Of a DNA stretch of 64,000 nucleotides, positions 19,965-28,523 are shown in pieces. Position numbers and translations under genes: made by a program. The DNA comes from a bacterium. Lineage in GTDB: Bacteria > SM23-31. Each line of letters begins with the position of its first letter. The first letter of the stretch is position 1. Under the pieces are notes generated by a model. It saw only the letters and a list, made by a program, of their open reading frames with translations. It was not told the origin of the DNA and did no database searches. The stretch is taken from contig CBDFMG010000005.1 of the NCBI GenBank assembly GCA_965249485.1, forward strand, positions 64,001-128,000, given 5' to 3'.

Positions 19965-20045
19965 ACCGGCCTGCCTGTCAGTGCACAGTTTTCACTATGC
20001 ATGTTGCCGGGTTTGGAAGGATTGTCAGGTCACATAAAAAAATAT

Positions 20046-20441
20046 TTAGGTTTTTGAAAAACTCAGTCCTTGTTTTAAAGTATCTTTGGCTATTCTTTCC
20101 TGAATTTCTTGGCTTTGCTTTACACTACTGAGCAGTTCCTCTTTGGTTTGCATTACTATCTCGTGCATTCCTTCCTTTAGGCTTCCGCCGACATCAAACA
20201 TTGTCCAGGATATCGACATAACTACCCACATACCTACAAAGCCTACAATAATAAAGGCTATGCCCTGGTTCAGTAGACGCTGATCAACAGTTTGGCTTGT
20301 AGCAATCAGGAACACCCCGACTATTATCATGGCCACGAATATGATCTGCTGTCTTCTTATCAGACTGGTTCTTATTTTGCTTCTTGTGTTTTTGTCTGTC
20401 ATATTTTTTAGTGCCCTCGCAAGCACCTCTGCCTTTCCCAC
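20046..20441 (-). CDS. Two-TM membrane protein (paralogue B)
   Basis: First ~71 aa are identical to paralogue A; the C-terminus differs. Confidence 0.7.
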   Translation of the reverse strand: MGKAEVLARALKNMTDKNTRSKIRTSLIRRQQIIFVAMIIVGVFLIATSQTVDQRLLNQGIAFIIVGFVGMWVVMSISWTMFDVGGSLKEGMHEIVMQTKEELLSSVKQSQEIQERIAKDTLKQGLSFSKT

Positions 20442-20749
20442 ACCGGCCTGCCTGTCAGTGCACAGTTTTCACTATGCATGTTGCCGGGTTTGGAAAGTAT
20501 GTCGGACATCAACATACCTACAAAGCCTACAATAATAAAGGCTATGCCCTGGTTCAGTAGACGCTGATCAACAGTTTGGCTTGTAGCAATCAGGAACACC
20601 CCGACTATTATCATGGCCACGAATATGATCTGCTGTCTTCTTATCAGACTGGTTCTTATTTTGCTTCTTGTGTTTTTGTCTGTCATATTTTTTAGTGCCC
20701 TCGCAAGCACCTCTGCCTTTCCCACACCGGCCTGCCTGTCAGCCATCAT
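20408..20749 (-). pseudogene. Truncated third paralogue (C)
   Basis: Identical N-terminus; it breaks after VGMLMS into the upstream repeat of paralogue B. Confidence 0.6.
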
Positions 20750-21074
20750 ACTTTTGCTGTGTATAATGATACTGCCGGGTTTGGAAGGATTGTCAGGTCA
20801 CAAAAAAAATAATTGTGTGCTGCTTGCAGATCTATGCTGACTGAAATGCTTTTGCAGCTATGGGGCCAATGTCAAGTTTCAAAAAAAACTTGTCATTGCG
20901 CATCTTGTTTGTGCTGTGTTTTTCCATGATGTTCACTTTTTGTTTCTTTTCTCACACCAACCCACCGAGTCGGCCATGCATAGTTTTCACTAATTATGAT
21001 ATTGTTGGTTTGGAAAAGTTTGGCTCGGTCACAAAAAAAAAAATTGGGGTTGTGGTTGGTGGTGTCATATGTAA

Positions 21075-21710
21075 TTAACACCGAGACGCTGCCCAGTCGT
21101 CGTCACCAAACTCACTTACACTACAGAATCTTGAAAGGATTTCTGCATGCTCATGCTCTATCAGCATCGAATTGAGTGACTTACCAGCAGGCAAACACCA
21201 CACTTTTGCAATCATTCTCCCATACGAATCCTTTTGTCCATCGTCTATGTCGTACACTGCTGTAGACCCTACAGGACACGAACTTCTCGTAAATGCCAGA
21301 GCCTCCTCATAACCATACTGGTCGCGTTCTGGTGTATTCACAAGTGCCAGTCTTATACGGATGCCATCTATATCGATGGTATCACCGTCAATTATTCTGG
21401 TAACCTTTCCGCTGGAAACTGCAGAGTAATCAACTATACCTGCAGATGAGGTTGATTCGCGATATTTTGCGTAGGCCTCAAGTGGGGATGATGACAGATT
21501 TGAGTTGTGGATTTTCTCAATCTTTTCTGTTGTGTTCTGAAATGTCTCTATGGACTTTTCACTGATCTTATCTGTCGTGGCATACAGTATGCTGTCTGCA
21601 TCAAGCAATGATGGAACAACATATGCATATGACAGTGATGCTGCCACAACGACAATCATTCCCAGTGCAGAGCCAACTAGAGCTCTTTTGAGAAATTGTT
21701 TGGGAGTCAT
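21075..21710 (-). CDS. Membrane-anchored thermonuclease (SNase) family protein
   Basis: N-terminal TM helix; VTRIIDGDTI..IRLALVNTPE ... DSYGRMIAKV. Confidence 0.9.
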   Translation of the reverse strand: MTPKQFLKRALVGSALGMIVVVAASLSYAYVVPSLLDADSILYATTDKISEKSIETFQNTTEKIEKIHNSNLSSSPLEAYAKYRESTSSAGIVDYSAVSSGKVTRIIDGDTIDIDGIRIRLALVNTPERDQYGYEEALAFTRSSCPVGSTAVYDIDDGQKDSYGRMIAKVWCLPAGKSLNSMLIEHEHAEILSRFCSVSEFGDDDWAASRC

Positions 21711-22071
21711 TATATTACCTCGTTTTGAGATGTTTTATTCTTCATGGAGTGCATTGCACTTTCGCCCTATTCAGGGCTCATCAGCATGATTGGTTTGAGT
21801 AGTTGACTTGGTTGAATCAGTCACAGTTTGATGATGAGGGCTCAGATGTTTGATACCGTCAGAAAATGCATTGAAATACAAAACAATGCATTGCTCTCTG
21901 GCGATTCTCTTTTTGAAAGGCGGTGTGCTCATCATCGCCCTCATCTTTGGTTAATTGATTCAATTGAATCAGTAAAGGTCAGCAAAAGTTTCAATGTCAG
22001 AATCCTCATCAGGATGGTTCATGTGAAAAAACTGTAATTGGAAAATAAAAAAAATAAAAAAGGGTGGTGGG

Positions 22072-22278
22072 CTAGTCCACGATGCCTTCGTCTGGATGCA
22101 ACTCCACAAAGCGTTGTGTAGCCAGCCACATGAAAAATCCCAAACCGAGAAATCCGAGAACGGTTAAGGCGACCCCATCTAGAAGTCCGGCTATGTTCAG
22201 TATCGCAAATACGATAACTGCCGTCCCTACGGTCATGAGCACTATCATTGTTACCATAGAGCGCGATTGCGCTTTCAC
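22072..22278 (-). CDS. Small two-TM membrane protein
   Basis: Hydrophobic 68-aa ORF. Confidence 0.55.
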   Translation of the reverse strand: MKAQSRSMVTMIVLMTVGTAVIVFAILNIAGLLDGVALTVLGFLGLGFFMWLATQRFVELHPDEGIVD

Positions 22279-22476
22279 CCTAGTCAGGGCTCATCAGTAT
22301 GGTTTGAGTAATTGATTGGTTAGTTGATTAGTTGATTTAGTTGAGTAATGTTTAGTTGATGTTTTTGATTAGTTGAATAATTGATTCAATTGAATCAGTC
22401 GCATAGTGAAAAAATTATTTTGATAGTTGGTGTTGTTTTGATATGGTGTTTTATTTTGAAAAAATTGATGTTTTCT

Positions 22477-22707
22477 GGTGACCTGTGAGGGGTCACCATC
22501 ATGGTGAAAAATGTTGATTTTGAAAATTGGTATTAAAAATAAGGTGTTTACTAGTGTCGCATGTTTTTTTGGTTTTTTTGTTCGTAATTTGAGTTGAACA
22601 ACTACAAATGTCTGAAAGGTATTAGCAAGATAAGGATTTTAGATACAGGAAAAAAGTGACCTGTGAGGGGTCACCACGTCATTTCTGGTGACCTGTGAGG
22701 GGTCACC
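22477..22707. repeat. Three copies of the 21-bp inverted repeat GGTGACC-TGTGAGG-GGTCACC
   Basis: At 22477-22497, 22656-22675 (first G missing) and 22687-22707, in a ~450-bp non-coding region. Confidence 0.9.
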
Positions 22708-22767
22708 GAAAAAATCACCTGCCAGAGCATGGCATGTTTTGGTTATTAGTTCTGAGTTATTTCTCTG

Positions 22768-23073
22768 ATGATGTGTGGACACGTGATAAACACTGAAAGG
22801 AAGAAAAGATACATCATGACCCCCTCATCAATTGATTCTGAGGATAGGAAATACATCAAATACAAGATAAAAAAATCAATCAAAAGCACAGTGGATGATC
22901 TGGTAATGATTCTAGAGAACAGTAATGACAAGGAACTGATCAGGTTCATCAACAGAGAGGTTTTGCGAGTGGTGGGAAATACAGTTGATGGTGATAGCTC
23001 TGATGATGCTGATGAAAAGTCAGAGACAGAAATCTATGAGGAACAGTTCTGGTCAGGTAAGATCAAATTATGA
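22768..23073 (+). CDS. Small protein, possibly DNA-binding
   Basis: Basic N-terminus and acidic C-terminus; lies directly downstream of the palindromes. Confidence 0.55.
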   Translation: MMCGHVINTERKKRYIMTPSSIDSEDRKYIKYKIKKSIKSTVDDLVMILENSNDKELIRFINREVLRVVGNTVDGDSSDDADEKSETEIYEEQFWSGKIKL

Positions 23074-23239
23074 TACGATTCCAGAAATTTGCGCAGGAGA
23101 AATATACAAAATCGAGGACGTACCAAGATTCTGCTTTACAGTATCAGGGCAAGAAAGCCCACACCGTTCAGGGTTGGGATGAATCGCCCAGAGACTTCAA
23201 GTATCAGAAAAATATTATGATGCCATCGAACAAATCAAA

Positions 23240-23647
23240 ATTCGCCTCATCAGTCGGTGCAGTGACACTGGATGCTGTGAAAAAATACATTGAGAAACAG
23301 AAAAAATGATCCTGACATACGATATTAAACACAACAAAGATTTTTCTGCACAACTAATACAAGCCAAAAAGCAGGGAATAGAGGCTGCATATGTCGCACC
23401 GGCATACACACAAGCCAGGCTTGTAGCAGATGTGGGTCTCTGGACAACCGAAATGGAAAAAAGTTTCAATGTGTCTGCGGACACGCCGACCATGCAGATG
23501 TCAATGCGTCATTTAATATTGGAAAGCCAGTATCGTGTTGTTCTCCAGTGTTGCGAACACAAAACACGAGTCAGCTGTGCAAAGAAAGTGATTTGTGCAA
23601 GGGGGGCACTGATACCCCGCAACGCTTTAGCGAGTGGAGTATGTCAG
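23240..23647 (+). mobile_element. Internally deleted IS200/IS605 element (tnpA tail, tnpB remnants, right end)
   Basis: FASSVGAVTLDAVKKYIEKQK is a TnpA C-terminus. MILTYDIKH... joins YVAPAYT and, after a frameshift, SQACSRCG...CVCGHADHADVNASFNI. Ends with GCTTTAGCGAGTGGAGTATGTCA. Confidence 0.8.
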
Positions 23648-23839
23648 CAGAACCTTTCTTTAGGTGGTGCAAGTCCATGATCACAGTTAGTGCAAACCAA
23701 TTGTTCCGTAGTTATGATTTTTCCATTCACCGGAACCGACTCAATTAAAAATTCATGCTTTGTATCTTCGTAGCAATACTTGCAGTATCCGTTCATGACG
23801 ATGACTTCAATATTTGTCATTGCATTAAATTAAGATTTG

Positions 23840-24775
23840 TCAGGGACTGGTTTTTTCAGCACCTGTCTTGACCTCTTTTGGTTCCTCGACTGCACTGGGT
23901 TTGGCCTTTTGTTCTACATCATTTCCCCCTGTACTGCCACTGGCTGCAATCTTTTCAAGTCCTCTTGCATTTGAAAATACAGGATCCTCTGGAACCGTAA
24001 GCTCCCTGCCGAGTATCTTTTCAAGTGCCTCCTTCATGTGTGGCATCTGCGAACCACCACCTGCAAGAATTATCTCACCTGTAACATTCATCCTGACAAC
24101 CTCATCTGCAATGTGCTCTGCAAGCATCCTTACCAACCTCTCAGTCATTTTGATGTCTGTCTGAAACAGTTCCTTGTAGTTAACATAGGAATCACGCCTT
24201 GATTTTTTTGCAAGCTGGGATATGACAAACTCTGATGCCTTTGGAATCGAGATTCCGTCTATTCCGCCATAATCAATATGGATTATCTCAGTTGTGCCGT
24301 GGCCTATGTTGATGACTGTGCCGAACTTTTTGTCACAGCTTAGCATCGTTCCAAACGCTTGCGGAATTACCACGCACCTTGCAGGCCTTATCTTTGAGTT
24401 GACTATCTTTTGAATTTTACTGCGACTTTCGCGTGCATCAAATGTAACTCCAACGGCAATTGACACATCAGAGTACTCTTTTATGCCGACCTTTGCCAGG
24501 GCCTCTTTTGCAAGCATTGCAAAGCCGCGATCATTGTATGGGACTCCGTACTTTACAGGCCTAATCAATATGCCGTCGCGACTCCTTCCAATCTCGGATG
24601 CATTTTCTCCGACCTCTTCGAGCATTATCTTTTTTTCAGAGCCGGCATTCTCGATTCCCTTCTGATTGGAGTACTTGCATGCGTAAAGCGAAGGGAACAT
24701 GGCAGTCCTGCCAAGCGCAGAGACCTTTGTAAATCCTGTTCCTACATCAAGCCCTACTGCCTTCATAACCTGCAA
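23840..24775 (-). CDS. ParM/StbA-like actin-fold ATPase
   Basis: VGLDVGTGFTKV (phosphate 1), VIPQAFG, INIGHGTTE (phosphate 2) and ILAGGGS (adenosine). Confidence 0.85.
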   Translation of the reverse strand: MQVMKAVGLDVGTGFTKVSALGRTAMFPSLYACKYSNQKGIENAGSEKKIMLEEVGENASEIGRSRDGILIRPVKYGVPYNDRGFAMLAKEALAKVGIKEYSDVSIAVGVTFDARESRSKIQKIVNSKIRPARCVVIPQAFGTMLSCDKKFGTVINIGHGTTEIIHIDYGGIDGISIPKASEFVISQLAKKSRRDSYVNYKELFQTDIKMTERLVRMLAEHIADEVVRMNVTGEIILAGGGSQMPHMKEALEKILGRELTVPEDPVFSNARGLEKIAASGSTGGNDVEQKAKPSAVEEPKEVKTGAEKTSP

Positions 24776-24990
24776 TTAATAATAGATATTTAAGCCAAAG
24801 GGGGTTGGACTACACTGTTGAATCTTAGCGGGTGTGAGAAAAAATCAAGCGACAAAGATACTGTCAATTTAAAAAATCCTCAAAGTTAGATTTGGATGGT
24901 TGGATCATGAAGATTGGTTAGGTCAAAAAGCAGAACCGGAACAACAAGCAATCTATCTACAAGTGTTGAAAAATACAAATTAATAGAAAT

Positions 24991-25806
24991 TCAATGATTT
25001 ACTGTTTTAATTCGGTCTATTGCAATGTCCAGATAATCTGTGTTTATATCGCAACCTACAACCTGTCTATCATTCATAGTTCCAGATACTGCTACACTGC
25101 CAGAACCAATGAATGGATCAAATATCAAATCATCAGTATTGCTACAAGATTTTACTATTCTATCTAAAATAGCTAAAGGGAACTGTGCTGGATGATTCAC
25201 ACGTTCTTTTGAAGATCTATTTTTTCCAGATGTTACTTTAGGTATTTCCCAAACATTAGTAGGGTTCTTCCCTAATGGATTGCATTTTAGCTTCCCATTC
25301 TTCTTTTGGTTTGGATATTTCACATTAGGATCTCTTACTAAATCTAAATTGAATGTGTATCTGTTTGGATTTTTAACATACCAGAGATATTTTTCATTTC
25401 TTGGAGAAAAATATTTTTTTGTAGATACTCCAGCTTTGTAATACCATACTATTTCCTGCATGAAATAAAAAGCAGTCTTATCCCACAATAAATAAGATAT
25501 TGGCACTGCTTTGCCAATATTTTGTAATTCAAAATATCCAAGATTAAGCCAAAATGCTCCTTCATTACTGGTGATATCAAAAATTTGATTTAACCATTTT
25601 TGACACCATTGCAAATAATAATCATGTTTCTGAATCTCTTCATATTCCTTACCAATATTATAAGGTGGAGAAGTTATTGTCAAATCCATTATTGATGAAT
25701 TAATTTTATCCATAAATTCTACACAATCAATATTATACAATAACACTTTATCCTCAGAATAATATGGCTTGCCAACTTCTTGCTCTACAGTATCTAGTTT
25801 TGTCAT
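24991..25806 (-). CDS. Beta-class N4-C/N6-A DNA methyltransferase (orphan)
   Basis: DLTITSPPYN precedes HPAQFP and DPFIGSGS. AT-rich relative to its neighbours. Likely start is MTKLD. Confidence 0.9.
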   Translation of the reverse strand: MTKLDTVEQEVGKPYYSEDKVLLYNIDCVEFMDKINSSIMDLTITSPPYNIGKEYEEIQKHDYYLQWCQKWLNQIFDITSNEGAFWLNLGYFELQNIGKAVPISYLLWDKTAFYFMQEIVWYYKAGVSTKKYFSPRNEKYLWYVKNPNRYTFNLDLVRDPNVKYPNQKKNGKLKCNPLGKNPTNVWEIPKVTSGKNRSSKERVNHPAQFPLAILDRIVKSCSNTDDLIFDPFIGSGSVAVSGTMNDRQVVGCDINTDYLDIAIDRIKTVNH

Positions 25807-25828
25807 GTGTCTTTGATTAGCCACCACA

Positions 25829-26563
25829 CTAACCAAATCCAAGATGAATCGAGATTTCAGGAATTTTGAGATCCTCGTAAAACATTCCTGCAAGATGGGA
25901 CTGGTTAATGTCTGTGAAAAACAGGATCGCCAGAACCGCCACCGCTGCAATACAGTATAGCGTGACAAGTGGCAGTGCAGTTGTTACCTCCATTCCAGAG
26001 TCCTTCTTCTTTAGGAAATATCTGCCTCCGTCATCATCATATATGACGTCGTCTTTGACCTTCCCTATCTTTGCCATCATAATCTTTATTGCAAACTTTT
26101 CACCCCTGCGCTTGATATGAGACATCATAAAGTTTGCAGCATACGGCCTTTTGTGAAGTGCGTCGGCAATGTTCTTGTACAGTGACTCAGATATTGCAAA
26201 TGCCAGCCCGAGCAGGTATCCTAACGTTATGATGACTGTTCCAACAGGAATTCCAGACACTGATGGAAGCATCATTGCAATTGTAAATATCATTACAGCA
26301 TCTGGCAGTCCTATCTTTTTTAGAACCTGTGCCATAAACAGCACCAATCCTCCAAGCATCAGCGACAGAATCATGCCATATGTTACAACCGTTGACCACG
26401 ACTCAAATCTGCCTGTCAGAATGTCATGCGCAAAAAAACACCCGCCAATCGTCACTGCAACGCACATTGTGTCCTGTGTCACCATTCTCTCTCTCAGGTC
26501 CGCTATTGCCATTGGGGCAAGTGCAGCAAGAAGCACTGCTACTCGGAGGTACGTCTCTTCCAC
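25829..26563 (-). CDS. A24-family prepilin/prearchaellin peptidase
   Basis: Multi-TM protein with AIADLRERMV and KIGLPD (GxxD) aspartate motifs. Confidence 0.75.
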   Translation of the reverse strand: MEETYLRVAVLLAALAPMAIADLRERMVTQDTMCVAVTIGGCFFAHDILTGRFESWSTVVTYGMILSLMLGGLVLFMAQVLKKIGLPDAVMIFTIAMMLPSVSGIPVGTVIITLGYLLGLAFAISESLYKNIADALHKRPYAANFMMSHIKRRGEKFAIKIMMAKIGKVKDDVIYDDDGGRYFLKKKDSGMEVTTALPLVTLYCIAAVAVLAILFFTDINQSHLAGMFYEDLKIPEISIHLGFG

Positions 26564-26617
26564 AAGATGTGATTTGAAAACCTGATTTAAGGAGAAATTT
26601 CCAGTGAAAGCAGAACT

Positions 26618-27718
26618 TCACTTTTTTCCGTCTAGTATGACACGCATCTCTCTGATCTTTTTCTTTGGAATGTTTCTCTTTGAGATGATTACAGTGTGTC
26701 CTTCATCTGTGCCGCCTATCCTGGTATAATGAAGCTGTGGGTGCAAGTCAAATGCAAGATACTTTACAATCTCTTCTGTGAATGCGTATACCGGCTCCCC
26801 GTGATCACCTGTCAAAACATTCACATTATTGTCATTTGGCTTTGTCTCACGCATTGTGGCGTTTTTCAGATTGATTATATAACTTCTATTACACTTGCAA
26901 TGATGCGTGATAACATCCGGTTTCGGAAACACATGCTCTCCCATATCTGACTTGCCTGCACGGGTGATAACCTCGACATCATCGGCACCGCCGTCTGACT
27001 TTTCTGTTTCTAGCACATGCTGTTGTATCTCACGCGTGGCCATTGCCTGCTGACTTGACGTTTTAGGCTTGAACTGTCTGAGTATCTGTTTTGTCGCCAC
27101 TATGTCAGGCGGATGTATGTTTTTTCCAATCTTTGCGTAATTTATGATTGCCCTCAGTGCAGATTCCTGGGATGGTTCCCTTATCTCTGATATCGGCGCA
27201 AGGATATGATGCATTGTTGGTATCACGTCGAGTTTCTCTCCAAGTTCTGTCATAAACTCGATGAACTTTCTGCGTGTTTCTTCTGTAAATAACAGCTTGT
27301 CAAAGTTTCTGTATTCTTTTGATATGATGCTAAGGTTTGCATTTTTTGACTTCTTCAGTCTGCTTACAATCTCAACCATGCGTATCGGATTTATTGGACA
27401 CTGCTCGGTATACATGATGTGGTATTCAAGGACATCGTGCATGCTGTCTGCCTTTATGACGTTACACCTTACTGTCCTTGAGGCACATTGCTTGTGTGCC
27501 TCCAATGTATCAAGGTTTCCGACGGGATGATATTTGCCGTTGCACTTGGCAACGAACACCCTTTCTACTACCATGTTCTTTTGTATCCGTTTGATTATCT
27601 TCTGGACTACAGATTGCACCGTTACGGTGACATCAAATGGCGGCTTTTCAATGCTGGATATCTTTAGGTCGATCTGTTCTTCTTCTATTTGACATGTGAT
27701 CAATTTTTCAATCCCCAT
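26618..27718 (-). CDS. Divergent ParB/Srx-like protein
   Basis: ERVFVAKCNGKYHPVGNLDTLEAHK...VRCNVI resembles the ParB N-domain, but the arginine patch is degenerate. Confidence 0.45.
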   Translation of the reverse strand: MGIEKLITCQIEEEQIDLKISSIEKPPFDVTVTVQSVVQKIIKRIQKNMVVERVFVAKCNGKYHPVGNLDTLEAHKQCASRTVRCNVIKADSMHDVLEYHIMYTEQCPINPIRMVEIVSRLKKSKNANLSIISKEYRNFDKLLFTEETRRKFIEFMTELGEKLDVIPTMHHILAPISEIREPSQESALRAIINYAKIGKNIHPPDIVATKQILRQFKPKTSSQQAMATREIQQHVLETEKSDGGADDVEVITRAGKSDMGEHVFPKPDVITHHCKCNRSYIINLKNATMRETKPNDNNVNVLTGDHGEPVYAFTEEIVKYLAFDLHPQLHYTRIGGTDEGHTVIISKRNIPKKKIREMRVILDGKK

Positions 27719-28431
27719 GCCATTGCAATTGCCCTTCTTGCGCGAGTGTTGTAGTTTCCCTCAGTGTATATGTCGTTGTACATCTTCCATGCCATCTTTT
27801 CCAGTTCTGTATAGTGAGGCCTATTTTGTAGCCTGTCCTTGATCATTTTTTTGAGGTTCAGCCTAAAGTAATAGTTCTTGTCACCTTTTACTGCGCCGTC
27901 TGGGGCACAATCCATGTAATTGTACATTATGCTGATAAGGTTTTGTAATCCCTTTCTGTGGAAATTGGTGACTATTGCCTGCTCTATCTCCTTGTCCGTG
28001 ATTGGTATTCCATGGATCTTACATGATTGGTATATTGCCCAGTATGCCGTTTCGCCGATCTTTCTTGAAGATTTTTTGGGCGCGGTTTTTTTGAACAGAT
28101 TCCATGCATAGATTTGTGCAACGTCTGACATGTTTAGCTTGTTGCACGTGTTTGAAAATTTTGATAGCAGCTGCATGCATTTTTTGGTTTTGTCATCATT
28201 GGTAGAACCGTGAAAATAATGTCGCAAAAGGTTTGTCTCGTTTGTGTTTGGCAGGTCTTCTTTTGATCCTATCGTCAAGATCTCATACAGGTTTGCCTTT
28301 GAGTTTTTTCCAACATGGTTTTGCAGGAACTCAACCTTGTCTGTAATCACACCGCACTTTGAGCAAATGGTGTCATTTTCGACCTTTACTATTTTTTTAT
28401 GATCGCAGGCTATCAATGGTACGTTCTTCAC
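27700..28431 (-). CDS. TFB/TFIIB-like protein (Zn ribbon plus cyclin-like helices)
   Basis: CDH..IV......ICSKCGVI Zn ribbon; CNKLNMS...AWNLFKK and AIYQSCKIHGIPITDKEI resemble the first TFIIB repeat. Confidence 0.65.
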   Translation of the reverse strand: MKNVPLIACDHKKIVKVENDTICSKCGVITDKVEFLQNHVGKNSKANLYEILTIGSKEDLPNTNETNLLRHYFHGSTNDDKTKKCMQLLSKFSNTCNKLNMSDVAQIYAWNLFKKTAPKKSSRKIGETAYWAIYQSCKIHGIPITDKEIEQAIVTNFHRKGLQNLISIMYNYMDCAPDGAVKGDKNYYFRLNLKKMIKDRLQNRPHYTELEKMAWKMYNDIYTEGNYNTRARRAIAMAWGLKN

Positions 28432-28523
28432 AAAGAATATTTTCTATGATTGCTATTTTAACAGTAAAACTGACTAATTCTAACGTTGCAATAGAATTAA
28501 TTTTGACCTGTCAGGTGGCAATC

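Noticed and set aside
19506..20749. Diversity-generating retroelement (TR/VR pair)
   Set aside because: No reverse transcriptase is present, and differences between copies are indels and tail swaps, not adenine-specific substitutions.
25807..25968. Long N-terminal extension of the methyltransferase in the ORF track
   Set aside because: It overlaps the prepilin peptidase 3' end in another frame; MTKLD at 25806 is the more plausible start.
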